Virus record (IMG/VR): IMGVR_UViG_3300001528_000259
Span: 1-64,000 of that record
Origin: a virus
Lineage: Duplodnaviria > Caudoviricetes
Length of the DNA stretch: 64,000 bases
Reading direction: 5' to 3' (one strand)
Part shown: positions 41,598 to 51,117 of the stretch, piece after piece
How positions within the stretch are numbered: the stretch's first letter is position 1
Layout: each line of letters opens with the position of its first letter
The notes under the pieces: generated by a model
What the model was told of the DNA's origin: nothing
The model's input: the letters and a program-made list of their open reading frames with translations, nothing else
Databases searched by the model: none
Made by a program: the position numbers and the translations under genes

Positions 41598-42509
41598 ATG
41601 AACGTTTTAAGTTTATGTGATGGTATTTCATGTGGGCAAATCGCGCTTAGAGAACTTGGTGTTAAAGTTAACAAATATTATGCAAGCGAGATTGATAGGA
41701 TTGCTATTAAGATTACTCAGGATAATTTTCCAGATACAATGCAACTTGGAGATGTTATTGCGCTGTCTGATGATGAAGAATGTCTCCGGCGATTGCCTAA
41801 GATTGATTTAGTTTGTTTTGGTTTTCCGTGCAGAAGTCTTTCTAACGCTACTGCAGGAAGAAGCGAGTATAACAATGGGCTTAGGGGCGTAAGTGGAATT
41901 TTCTATTATTGTTTAAAGATATTAAACTGGATTCGGACCAATAATAACTCAAATGTATTCTTTTTGACAGAAAACGTAAACTCAAATCAAAAGGTTGATG
42001 TTGATATTATATCTAATTTACTTAGTGTAAATCCAATACTGATTAACAGCAATTTATTTTCTGCTCAGGACAGAGAAAGATTATATTGGACCAATATTCC
42101 AGTTGGTGTATTACCAGAATCGTGCGACTTGGTACTTAATGATATTCTAGACGAAGAAGTGGACGATAAGTATTTTTATCATCAATCATTTGATTTTTAC
42201 GGAGAAGATAACAAAGTTTGTGCGACGCTTCACATCAATGGGCATGATATTTTGAAGCGGGTCAATAGCAAGTATTTCAAGTGTCCAACCGTAACGGCAT
42301 GTAGAGGTGGTAATCATCAAAAAAAAGTTTATGATAGCGGTCGTTGCAGAAAACTTACGCCAAACGAATATCGTAAATTACAGACTATCCCAGAATGGTA
42401 TGTTATGAATGTTGCTGACAGTCACATATATAATACATGTGGAGATGGATGGACTGTTAAGGTAATTGAATTTATTTTTAGTGAATTAAAGACACAACAA
42501 AATGATTAA
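41598..42509 (+). CDS. DNA cytosine-5 methyltransferase
   Basis: LSLCDGI, GFPC, ENV, QDRER, GDGW motifs. Confidence 0.9.
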   Translation: MNVLSLCDGISCGQIALRELGVKVNKYYASEIDRIAIKITQDNFPDTMQLGDVIALSDDEECLRRLPKIDLVCFGFPCRSLSNATAGRSEYNNGLRGVSGIFYYCLKILNWIRTNNNSNVFFLTENVNSNQKVDVDIISNLLSVNPILINSNLFSAQDRERLYWTNIPVGVLPESCDLVLNDILDEEVDDKYFYHQSFDFYGEDNKVCATLHINGHDILKRVNSKYFKCPTVTACRGGNHQKKVYDSGRCRKLTPNEYRKLQTIPEWYVMNVADSHIYNTCGDGWTVKVIEFIFSELKTQQND

Positions 42510-42522
42510 AAGAGGTGAAGGT

Positions 42523-43128
42523 ATGGCGACGAATTACAGACAGATATTTGCGATAAGAAAAGCTAATGAAGAAAAAATAAAGAAGCTATGCCCAGAGGCA
42601 AGGCAAGATAGTGGAATATATTGTTTCTATCGAATCGATGAAAACAATTTTCGTTTTGCATATATAGGGCAGGCATCGAAAGATAATCTATTGTCGAGGT
42701 GTGCGAGCCATCTTGAGGGGTATAAGCAACACATAGATCTATCGATACGTAAGTATGGGTTGTATGATGAAGAGAAGAATCCTTATGGATATAGGCTCAA
42801 GGTCGTTTGTTATTGTCTCACTGATGAATGTGATGAAATGGAACAGTTTTATATAAAGCAATATGCAGAAGATGGATGGCAATTAAAGAATGTTGAGATT
42901 GGTGGCAAGAGTGACAAGACAGATCTGAATGAACGCAAAGCAGGTAAGGGATATCATGATGGCTTAGAGCAAGGCTACAAAAATGCACAACGAGATGTGA
43001 AAAAGCTTTTTGAGAAGAATCTAACATATGAAATTAACGGTAAACCTACGAAAAATAAAGAAAAAGCGTATCAAAAGTTTACTGATTTTCTTAATGAAAA
43101 TAAAGAAGAGGAGACAGATGAGATATGA
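42523..43128 (+). CDS. GIY-YIG nuclease
   Basis: SGIYCF...AYIGQ...R. Confidence 0.7.
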   Translation: MATNYRQIFAIRKANEEKIKKLCPEARQDSGIYCFYRIDENNFRFAYIGQASKDNLLSRCASHLEGYKQHIDLSIRKYGLYDEEKNPYGYRLKVVCYCLTDECDEMEQFYIKQYAEDGWQLKNVEIGGKSDKTDLNERKAGKGYHDGLEQGYKNAQRDVKKLFEKNLTYEINGKPTKNKEKAYQKFTDFLNENKEEETDEI

Positions 43129-43403
43129 TCGATATTGAATTACAAAATGGACAGTCAGGATACGATATAGTGGGCGAATATATCCGAAGATATTGGAGTC
43201 ATAACATCATAGATACTGTCATTGTTTCTATTGGCACATCTTATGATGGACATACTTATGACCTACTCAAAGAAATTGCCAGCCCAATGGGTTTCGACGA
43301 TATTGAATTCTTATGGGACTGGTGGGAAGGCGAGAAGTATATAAAGATTTTCGGAATCAAAGCAATTAACGAAATTGAGATTTCGGGCGGTCTATATAAA
43401 TAA
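43125..43403 (+). CDS. Hypothetical protein
   Basis: DWWEGE motif; ATGA overlap. Confidence 0.65.
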   Translation: MIDIELQNGQSGYDIVGEYIRRYWSHNIIDTVIVSIGTSYDGHTYDLLKEIASPMGFDDIEFLWDWWEGEKYIKIFGIKAINEIEISGGLYK

Positions 43404-43424
43404 CTAATAAAATATTATTTTGAA

Positions 43425-43505
43425 TTGTAAATAAATTGTAAACAAGCTCCGAAGTGCCTTGACAAACCAGCGTTTCGGAGCTATTATATACACGACAAAA
43501 TGATT
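43425..43505 (+). promoter_or_regulatory. Promoter: tandem box, TTGACA-17-TATTAT, repeated element
   Basis: Box 43425, -35 43459, -10 43482, element 43496. Confidence 0.75.
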
Positions 43506-43520
43506 ATATAAGGAGTAAGC

Positions 43521-44297
43521 ATGCTTGAATTGAACAAAATTTATAATTGCGATTGTCTCGATGGATTTAAAATGCTTGATGATAATAGCATTGATTTAAC
43601 CGTTACAAGTCCACCATATGACAATTTGAGAAAATATAAAGGATACAATTGGGACTTTGAAATAACCGCTAAAGAATTATATAGAGTAACTAAACATGGT
43701 GGAGTTGTTGTTTGGATTGTCGGAGATGCGACTATTAATGGTAGCGAAACGGGAACTTCATTTAAGGAAGCATTGTATTTTAAAAAATGTGGTTTCAATT
43801 TGCATGATACAATGATTTATCATAAAATCAATCCTATTCCTCAGAAATCTAATAGATATCAGCCGAGCTTTGAATATATGTTTGTTTTTTCTAAAGGAAA
43901 ACCGATAACGTTTCATCCAATTATGATAGAAAAGAAGTATATGGAAAATAGGAAGAGCAAACAATACAACAAGAAAAAAGATGGAGAACAAATTGTCAGA
44001 GAGTACAAAGCAATATCTACTATGAAAGTTATTGATAATGTGTGGGAATATTCTGTTGGGCTTAATAATAGCACATCTGATAAAATTGCTTTTTCACATC
44101 CAGCAATATTTCCAGAAAAATTAGCAGAAGATCATATAATTTCGTGGAGCAATCCTGGGGATGTTGTGCTTGATCCTTTTATAGGAAGTGGTACAACGGC
44201 AAAAATGGCATTATTGAATAACAGAAATTTTATTGGTTTCGAGGTATCAAAAGAGTATTGCGATATAGCAAACGAAAGAATTAACAATGCAAAATGA
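43521..44297 (+). CDS. Beta-class N4-C/N6-A DNA methyltransferase
   Basis: TSPPY precedes DPFIGSGTT. Confidence 0.9.
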   Translation: MLELNKIYNCDCLDGFKMLDDNSIDLTVTSPPYDNLRKYKGYNWDFEITAKELYRVTKHGGVVVWIVGDATINGSETGTSFKEALYFKKCGFNLHDTMIYHKINPIPQKSNRYQPSFEYMFVFSKGKPITFHPIMIEKKYMENRKSKQYNKKKDGEQIVREYKAISTMKVIDNVWEYSVGLNNSTSDKIAFSHPAIFPEKLAEDHIISWSNPGDVVLDPFIGSGTTAKMALLNNRNFIGFEVSKEYCDIANERINNAK

Positions 44298-44311
44298 TTG
44301 GAGAGAACGAT

Positions 44312-44536
44312 ATGAAATTATGCAAGAAACAAGGTTGTGGAGTATGTTTGAATTGTAGTCATATGCCATCTGTTGAATATGGAGATATTTGTAGGTATGA
44401 AGCGGAAGATTTGCTTGATTTGCTTATGGATTTGCTAAAAACAAAATTTAGTGATGAGCAAATGGATATCTATAGAGATTATTATGGTGAACTAAAAGAA
44501 GAAGGGGATAAGATGTATGATGATCTCAGATGTTAA
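44312..44536 (+). CDS. Small hypothetical protein
   Basis: RBS plus ORF. Confidence 0.6.
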   Translation: MKLCKKQGCGVCLNCSHMPSVEYGDICRYEAEDLLDLLMDLLKTKFSDEQMDIYRDYYGELKEEGDKMYDDLRC

Positions 44537-44693
44537 ACTTGGTGAAAAATTGGTGTGCACCGTGTGCGGAAAAGAATTTACAGTAACGGAAGATACTAAA
44601 TACATTGCAAAAGGTGGCTATGTGTGTAATTGGAAGTGCTTCTTAGCGAGAGTTAAAGAGGTTGAGTTGGAGAAGAATAATAAGACAAAGTGA
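44517..44693 (+). CDS. Small Zn-finger protein (not in the ORF track)
   Basis: CTVCGKEF...CNWKC, 58 aa. Confidence 0.6.
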   Translation: MMISDVKLGEKLVCTVCGKEFTVTEDTKYIAKGGYVCNWKCFLARVKEVELEKNNKTK

Positions 44694-44707
44694 TTGGAGG
44701 AGATATA

Positions 44708-47700
44708 ATGCAAAATTATCACAGGCATACGTGTTACAGTATTGGAGACAGTGCAGAAATGCCAGAAGCATATGCCAAAAGAGCAGTTGAGTTAGGACAT
44801 AAAGTTATAAGCAGTGTAGAACATGGATGGCAAGGATATTATCATCAAACTTTTGAGTTAGCCAAAAAGTATAACTTAAAGTTTGTATTTGGAACGGAAG
44901 CTTATTGGGTAAAAGATAGATTTGAAAAAGATCGAACTAATAACCATATAATTATTCTTGCGAAGAATGAGAACGGAAGACGTGCCATCAATAGAATTCT
45001 TTCTGATGCAAATGAAACGGGATATTTTTACAAACCAAGAATTGATTTAGATTTAATTTTTTCTCTTCCAGCAAATGATGTTTTTATTACAAGTGCATGT
45101 ATTGGATTTTGGGGATACGAAGACTCTGATGAAATTATTGTTAAACTTCATGATTATTTTAAAGATAATTTTATGTTAGAAATTCAAAGCCATAATACAG
45201 ATAGGCAAAGGCAATTACATCATAGAATTAAACAATTATCGGAAAAATATAATATTCAGTTAATTGTCGGATTGGATAGTCATTATATATATCCAGAACA
45301 ATCAGTTGAAAGAGATGATATTCTTGCTGGTAGAAATATAGCCTTTGATGATAATGAAATAGGGTGGTATATGGACTATCCAGATGATGAAACAGTTCGT
45401 CAACGCTTTAAAGAACAGGGGGTTTTTGACCCCGAGACGGTTCAAAGAGCTATGGATAATACAGATATCTTGCTTACATTTGGGGATTATGATGATGTTC
45501 CAGTTTTTACAAGTGATATTAAATTACCAACGCTATATCCAGATAAAACGCAGGCAGAAAGAAATAAAATTTATAGCACATTAATTAGTAAACTCTTTAA
45601 AGATTATATGAAAAATGTACCCAAAGAACGTTATAAGGAATATTTTGATGGTGTCAAACAAGAGGTATCTGTATATAAAGAAACAGGAATGGTTGATTAT
45701 CCATTGCTTGACTACGAAATTATTAAAAGAGGAGTAGAAAAAGGCGGACTAATTACTACAACAGGAAGAGGATCGGCGGTTGGATATTTTACTAATACAT
45801 TATGTGGATTTAGTAAAGTAGATAGATTTAATTCACCAATTAAGTTATATCCCGAAAGATTCATTTCAAAAACTCGTATTCTTGAGACGAAATCACTACC
45901 AGATCTAGATATGAATCTCGGTACTGTGGAAATTTTTGCAGAAGCACAAGAAGAAGTAATGGGGAAAGATCATGCTTATCCTATGATTGCTTTTGGAACT
46001 CTAAAGAAGAAGTCTGCATTTAAACTGTACGCTCGTGCTAATAATCTTAATTTTGAAATTGCCAATGAAATTTCAAAACAGATAGAAAAATACGATGAAG
46101 CAGTTAAGTATGCCGAAGACGATGAAAAAGATGAAATTAATATTTATGATTATGTAGATAGTCAATATAGAGATTATATTGAGAAAAGCGAAAAATATTG
46201 GGGGGTAATTAGTGATAAAAAGAAAGCCCCATGCGCTTATTTACTTTATCAAGGCAGTATACGAGAAGAAATAGGTTTAATAAAATGCAAAAGCGAGAGT
46301 ACAAAAAAAGAATATATGACAGCAGTGATAGATGGGGCAGTGGCAGAAAAATACAAAATGCTTAAAAATGACCTGTTAAAAGTCGATGTAGTCTTATTGA
46401 TTGATATGATTTATAAAAGAATTGGTATTCCGGTGCATACTGCAAATGAAATTATCTCGCTTGTTGATGGAGATCAAAAAGTTTGGGATATATATGCAAA
46501 TGGATATACTATTGGCGTCAATCAGTGTGAAAAAGAAAGCGCTATGAAAAAATTGCGTAAGTACCAACCAAAGAACATTTCAGAGCTCTGTGCTTGGATT
46601 GCAGCTATTAGACCGGCATTCAAGTCAATGTATTCGAAATTTGAATCAAGAGAATCTTTCGAATATGGTATTCCTGCTTTTGATAAAATTCTTCAAACAC
46701 CACAATTTCCATACTCGTATATACTATATCAAGAGCAGACTATGAATACGCTCAACTATGCAGGATTTCCTCTCGATGAATGTTATGGTATTATAAAAGC
46801 CATCGCAAAAAAGCATCCAGAAAAAGTCAAACCATTAAAGGAAAGATTTATTGAAGGATTTAAAAATAAAATCATGCAAGATGATCACATCGATGCAGAA
46901 AAGGCAGAAGAAATGAGTATAAGAGTTTGGCAAATTATTGACGACTCTTGCGGATACGGTTTCAATTCTGCTCATGCTTATTGTATGGCAATAGATAGTC
47001 TTTATTGTGCATACTTGAAAGCGCATCATACATATGAATTTTATGAAGTATTATTACAAGTTTTTTCAGATAAAGGGAAGAAGGATAAAGTACAAGCTCT
47101 GAAACAAGAAATGAAAGAAGCATTTGGTATTATTGAAGGTCCATATAAATTTGGACATGACAATAGACGTTTTGTAGCAGATGAAGAACATAAAATGATA
47201 CATCCATCATTGTTGTCAATTAAGGGGTTTAGTCAGTCTTGCGCTAATGATTTGTATGAACTGTCACAAACAGAACATTTTGATACATTCTACGATCTAC
47301 TAAAGAGATTACAGTCTATTTCATCTGTCGATAAATCAAGGTTGGATACTCTAATTAGAATTGGATATTTTGATTGTTTTGGACCGACATTGACATTGTT
47401 AAATACTGTTGAGCTGTTTGATAAATATTATGGTAAAAAGCAAATTAAGAAAGATAAAAATGATATACCATTAAATATTCTTTCTAAGTATTCAACTGAA
47501 ACAAAAGCTATGTTTAAAATTACAGATAATGATGCTCTTATGGAAGAATTATGTTCAATGATTCCATCAAAAGAATTACCACTGGAAGCGAGACTAAAAG
47601 CACAGTTTGATGCTTATGGCTATATAAGTTATATCGATCCATCTCGTCCAAACACCGCCGTAGTTATGGATCTCAACACCAAATACTCCACCTTCCGCGC

Positions 47701-47899
47701 TCAGCTCTACCGTATCTACGATGGTCAAACAATCACCGTAAAGCTCAAAAAAACTGCCTACGAACAGATGCCAATAGCTGTTGGAATGGTAATTAATTAT
47801 CGAGTAGAAAAGAAAAACAAGTGGAAAAAAGAAAATGATCAATGGATTCAAATCGATGAATATGAAGATTGGTTAAGTTTGTATAATGTAATAACATAG
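44708..47899 (+). CDS. dnaE: DNA polymerase III alpha subunit
   Basis: PHP HRH, GRGSA, PERF, PDLD, YQEQ, GFNSAHA. Confidence 0.95.
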   Translation: MQNYHRHTCYSIGDSAEMPEAYAKRAVELGHKVISSVEHGWQGYYHQTFELAKKYNLKFVFGTEAYWVKDRFEKDRTNNHIIILAKNENGRRAINRILSDANETGYFYKPRIDLDLIFSLPANDVFITSACIGFWGYEDSDEIIVKLHDYFKDNFMLEIQSHNTDRQRQLHHRIKQLSEKYNIQLIVGLDSHYIYPEQSVERDDILAGRNIAFDDNEIGWYMDYPDDETVRQRFKEQGVFDPETVQRAMDNTDILLTFGDYDDVPVFTSDIKLPTLYPDKTQAERNKIYSTLISKLFKDYMKNVPKERYKEYFDGVKQEVSVYKETGMVDYPLLDYEIIKRGVEKGGLITTTGRGSAVGYFTNTLCGFSKVDRFNSPIKLYPERFISKTRILETKSLPDLDMNLGTVEIFAEAQEEVMGKDHAYPMIAFGTLKKKSAFKLYARANNLNFEIANEISKQIEKYDEAVKYAEDDEKDEINIYDYVDSQYRDYIEKSEKYWGVISDKKKAPCAYLLYQGSIREEIGLIKCKSESTKKEYMTAVIDGAVAEKYKMLKNDLLKVDVVLLIDMIYKRIGIPVHTANEIISLVDGDQKVWDIYANGYTIGVNQCEKESAMKKLRKYQPKNISELCAWIAAIRPAFKSMYSKFESRESFEYGIPAFDKILQTPQFPYSYILYQEQTMNTLNYAGFPLDECYGIIKAIAKKHPEKVKPLKERFIEGFKNKIMQDDHIDAEKAEEMSIRVWQIIDDSCGYGFNSAHAYCMAIDSLYCAYLKAHHTYEFYEVLLQVFSDKGKKDKVQALKQEMKEAFGIIEGPYKFGHDNRRFVADEEHKMIHPSLLSIKGFSQSCANDLYELSQTEHFDTFYDLLKRLQSISSVDKSRLDTLIRIGYFDCFGPTLTLLNTVELFDKYYGKKQIKKDKNDIPLNILSKYSTETKAMFKITDNDALMEELCSMIPSKELPLEARLKAQFDAYGYISYIDPSRPNTAVVMDLNTKYSTFRAQLYRIYDGQTITVKLKKTAYEQMPIAVGMVINYRVEKKNKWKKENDQWIQIDEYEDWLSLYNVIT

Positions 47900-47910
47900 A
47901 GGTAAATAAT

Positions 47911-48720
47911 ATGGTAAAGGTAAGAAAAGATATTACTGGATGGATAATGTCGGAACGCGGAGTTCCAGATTCGCGATTAACAGTGATTCGACAGGTAGAA
48001 GATTATATAACTCCAGCAGGCAATCATTATGCAAGATGGCTATGCGAGTGTTCGTGTTTGGAGCATAACAAAATTATTGCAGACGGCTATTCAATAACAA
48101 GTGGAGCCACTAAATCTTGTGGTTGCCTCAAAAGAGAAGTAACGGCAAACTTTAACAAGAAAATTAAAAAGAAACAAAACGAATATAGCGATTTGATGCA
48201 CGATGAGCACGGAGATTATTATATAGGATATGCGAGCAATACGCACAATCCGTTTTATTTTGATGCCGACGACATAGAAAAGGTAAAGTCTATTTGTTGG
48301 TGGGAAAGAACTGACAGGACAACCCATTATTTAAGCGGCTGGAACCCAGACTCGGAAAAATGTGTATCTATGCATTCGTATTTGGGGTTCAGCAACCACG
48401 ATCACATAGACGGAAACGAGTTAAACAATCGAAAATATAATCTAAGACCAGCAACTAAAGCTGAAAATAACTTTAATAGAAGAAATCTAAAACCAAGAAC
48501 ATTAAGTTATGTTGGCATTTATAGAACAAGCAACGGAAAATATAATGCTACATTGCGCTATCAAGATAAATGTTATTATGGAAAATATAGAGAAACAGAG
48601 GAAGAAGCTTTTATTGATAGGTTGCGACTTGAAGCAAAGTATTTTGGTAAATTTGCTTCACACATAGATTTATTCGAACAATATGGGATAAATATAAACG
48701 ACTATCAATCTATTGATTGA
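47911..48720 (+). mobile_element. HNH/AP2 homing endonuclease
   Basis: WLCECSC, SCGC, DHIDGNELNNRKYNL, EAKYFG. Confidence 0.85.
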
Positions 48721-48771
48721 CTTTCGTCACAATTTCTATATACTTTTTACGACCATAATTACACCCTATCG

Positions 48772-48838
48772 GTTACAATTATAGCCCATTATACCCAAAC
48801 TACACCAGTAAGGGTATAATGGTGGCTATAATTGTAAC
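48772..48838. repeat. Long near-perfect inverted repeat
   Basis: GTTACAATTATAGCC-CATTATACCC / GGGTATAATG-GT-GGCTATAATTGTAAC. Confidence 0.85.
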
Positions 48839-48911
48839 TAAACTGTAAACGATACCAAAAACGTATTGACAACGCATAAAAATAGTACTATAATAACAGA
48901 GCAAAATGATT
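48832..48911 (+). promoter_or_regulatory. Promoter: tandem box, TTGACA-17-TATAAT, repeated element
   Basis: Box 48832, -35 48866, -10 48889, element 48902. Confidence 0.8.
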
Positions 48912-48922
48912 GGAGGGTTCAT

Positions 48923-49318
48923 ATGAACACACATAACTGTAAATATTACGATTCCGAAAACGGTTGGTGCAAAAAACTTTCTGATTGGCATAATGACATG
49001 CCCGACATTGAATATTGTATTGATGGTCCATGTCCATACGAAGAACCAAAGATAAACAAGTTTGTTGTTAATGCCAAATACAACATTGGAGACAATGTTT
49101 GGCATTATGAATACTTTGACGGCATCTGTTATCCTTCTAAAGATATTGGAAAGATATATAAGATTAACATAGAAATCACAAAAAGAGATTTGCACATTTA
49201 TTATCATGTCGCTACAGAATATAATGGTGTGAAGTCATATGATACTTATCTAGAGTCCAATATCTTTAAATCATATGAGGAATGTGAAAAATGGTGCAAC
49301 GAATGTGTATCAAAATGA
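48923..49318 (+). CDS. Hypothetical protein
   Basis: GGAGG RBS. Confidence 0.7.
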   Translation: MNTHNCKYYDSENGWCKKLSDWHNDMPDIEYCIDGPCPYEEPKINKFVVNAKYNIGDNVWHYEYFDGICYPSKDIGKIYKINIEITKRDLHIYYHVATEYNGVKSYDTYLESNIFKSYEECEKWCNECVSK

Positions 49319-49347
49319 TTCACAATTGTTAACGAAAGGTGTTTATA

Positions 49348-49632
49348 ATGGTACAAGATGAAATTTTAGAGTTCATTCACCGCCGTTGGATGAAAGATGC
49401 CGATTGGACCTGTGGTAATTGCTATTGGTTTGCGAAGATTTTATGTGAAAGATTTGCTAACTTACAGATGTGGTATTGTCCAATCTTGGGGCATTTCATT
49501 GCGGGACGCGATGGTAAATTTTACGATTGGAACGGGATATATATACCCCAGGAACAACCCATATTGTTTGAAGATATTCACAGAAGCGATCCTTTGTGGT
49601 ATGAGCGTCTGATACAAAATTGTGCGATGTAA
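49348..49632 (+). CDS. Hypothetical protein (GNCYWFA...GHF...YDW; papain-like triad possible)
   Basis: Cys/His/Asp motif pattern. Confidence 0.6.
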   Translation: MVQDEILEFIHRRWMKDADWTCGNCYWFAKILCERFANLQMWYCPILGHFIAGRDGKFYDWNGIYIPQEQPILFEDIHRSDPLWYERLIQNCAM

Positions 49633-49634
49633 TA

Positions 49635-49718
49635 AAAGATGATGCAATTTGTGTTTGTCTACAATTAGAAAAAGAATATTTCGGAGAATTTGTTTCACAA
49701 AAAACATTCAAATTATAA
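49635..49718 (+). pseudogene. Relic 3' end of an HNH/AP2 endonuclease
   Basis: KDDAICVCLQLEKEYFGEFVSQ resembles KTEAIKTRLIAEKEYFGEFAPQ of 2334..3086. Confidence 0.7.
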
Positions 49719-49752
49719 TTATTAATAAAATGTAAATGATTACAAAAGCATA

Positions 49753-49781
49753 TTGACAAATCAAAATGATTGATGTATAAT
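49753..49781 (+). promoter_or_regulatory. SigA promoter with the repeated element inside its spacer
   Basis: TTGACA-aatCAAAATGATTgatg-TATAAT. Confidence 0.75.
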
Positions 49782-50003
49782 GTATTCACAATAATGATCG
49801 GTGCAACTTCAACATAGTTGTTAAATGAACAGTAAGGAAAACTTTGCGAATGAACTCATAAAAATGTGATAGTAAGATATGCATAGGAAAGAGTTAACAG
49901 CCGAAAACAAAAAGAATAAAAGAAATTCACAAATCTTTGGGCGATATTCATTGAGCTTGATGAATAATTGTTATGAATATAAACATAGAAAAGAAGAACT
50001 GAA

Positions 50004-50408
50004 ATGACTAAAACAGAAAAGGCAATGTTTACTGTTGCAAAGAGCGTGTCGGAGTTTTCCGACCACCCGCAGCACAAAATTGGTTGTGTGATAACAGATA
50101 AACACAGGATTATTTCAAGTGGATATAATTCGTCTACAAAGACCAATCCAATCCAAAAACGCATTGACGAAAAAAGATTTAAATGCGAATGCAGAGGAGT
50201 AGTTCACTCCGAGACGAATGCATTGATACCGCTTATCAAGCGCGGATATGATTTGTCTAGAGCATCAATTTTCGTTTACCGTGAACATAAGGATGGCACT
50301 CTTGCGATGGCTCGCCCATGCCCAGGGTGTGAAAGTTTGATTAGAGCTTGTGGTATACGCAAGGTTTATTATACAACTGAAGGATCATATCGAACAGAAA
50401 AATGGTAA
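50004..50408 (+). CDS. Cytidine/dCMP deaminase-fold protein
   Basis: HSE and PCPGC Zn motifs. Confidence 0.85.
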   Translation: MTKTEKAMFTVAKSVSEFSDHPQHKIGCVITDKHRIISSGYNSSTKTNPIQKRIDEKRFKCECRGVVHSETNALIPLIKRGYDLSRASIFVYREHKDGTLAMARPCPGCESLIRACGIRKVYYTTEGSYRTEKW

Positions 50409-50492
50409 TTGTAAACAAGTTGTAAACGCTAACAAAAAGTACTTGACAAAGAAAATTTATATGATATAATAATGTTACAATACAGAATGATT
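50409..50492 (+). promoter_or_regulatory. tRNA operon promoter: tandem box, TTGACA-16-TATAAT, element variant
   Basis: Box 50409, -35 50443, -10 50465, CAGAATGATT 50483. Confidence 0.75.
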
Positions 50493-50559
50493 GAAGTGTG
50501 ATGACATCTGACTGTGGAAAGACACTGGCGACTCGGAAATAGACGAGCAATAAATATAT

Positions 50560-50648
50560 GCCGCTGTGGTGGAATTGGCAGACACCTGGGACTTAAAATC
50601 CCATGTTCAGAGATGAGCGTACCGGTTCGATCCCGGTCAGCGGCACCA
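50560..50648 (+). tRNA. tRNA-Leu(TAA)
   Basis: Cloverleaf with long variable arm and encoded CCA. Confidence 0.9.
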
Positions 50649-50702
50649 TCTGTGGAAATCAAGCGTGTCCACCATCGGGCGCCCCGTAAAAGCCGGATAT
50701 AC

Positions 50703-50792
50703 GGAGAGTTAAGCATAGTTGGTACTGCGGCGGATTGCCAATTCGTTCCTCGTTCATTCGAGGCAGAGGTTCGACCCCTTTCACCTATGCCA
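50703..50792 (+). tRNA. Atypical or pseudo tRNA: Tyr-like class II body, GCC anticodon, mispaired acceptor stem
   Basis: GCGGA-TTGCCAA-TTCGT arm, CCTCG/CGAGG variable arm, TTCGA loop, CCA end. Confidence 0.55.
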
Positions 50793-50799
50793 AATGCCC

Positions 50800-51110
50800 A
50801 GTTGAGATAACATACTACGGCTGTGAGTGACGGTCGGGATCCAAGGTGCAGATAAGTTCTGTGGGCGTAAAAGAAATAAGAGGTTAGATTGCATTACACA
50901 ATCGAAGTTAGCCTTGAAACAGGCAGGACATAGCCTCAAATAAATCCTTGGTGAGCTAAGATGGGAAACACTAATCCCCCTACTATTATAAAAGCTGAAA
51001 AGACCACGATAAACCATACGAAAGGTTTGTCCTCGTAGATGGAATTGTGATTGAATAGCAATCTTGCGTAAAGGCAAAGGGTGAGGCTGATAGTGGAGTC
51101 ACTTATGTAA
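50800..51110 (+). ncRNA. Candidate large structured ncRNA
   Basis: Long-range helices and several hairpins between tRNAs; no credible ORF. Confidence 0.55.
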
Positions 51111-51117
51111 TATTTAT

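Noticed and set aside
16570-43128. Shared acidic DEI C-terminal tail on four proteins
   Set aside because: Two cases are explained by an overlapping RBS/ATGA of the next gene; too little evidence for a common motif
49782-50003. ncRNA in the long leader before the deaminase
   Set aside because: A-rich with no convincing helices; more likely decayed coding sequence
50649-50702. HDV-like (theta) ribozyme after tRNA-Leu
   Set aside because: I can build only a simple hairpin, not the nested double pseudoknot, and the tRNA already encodes CCA
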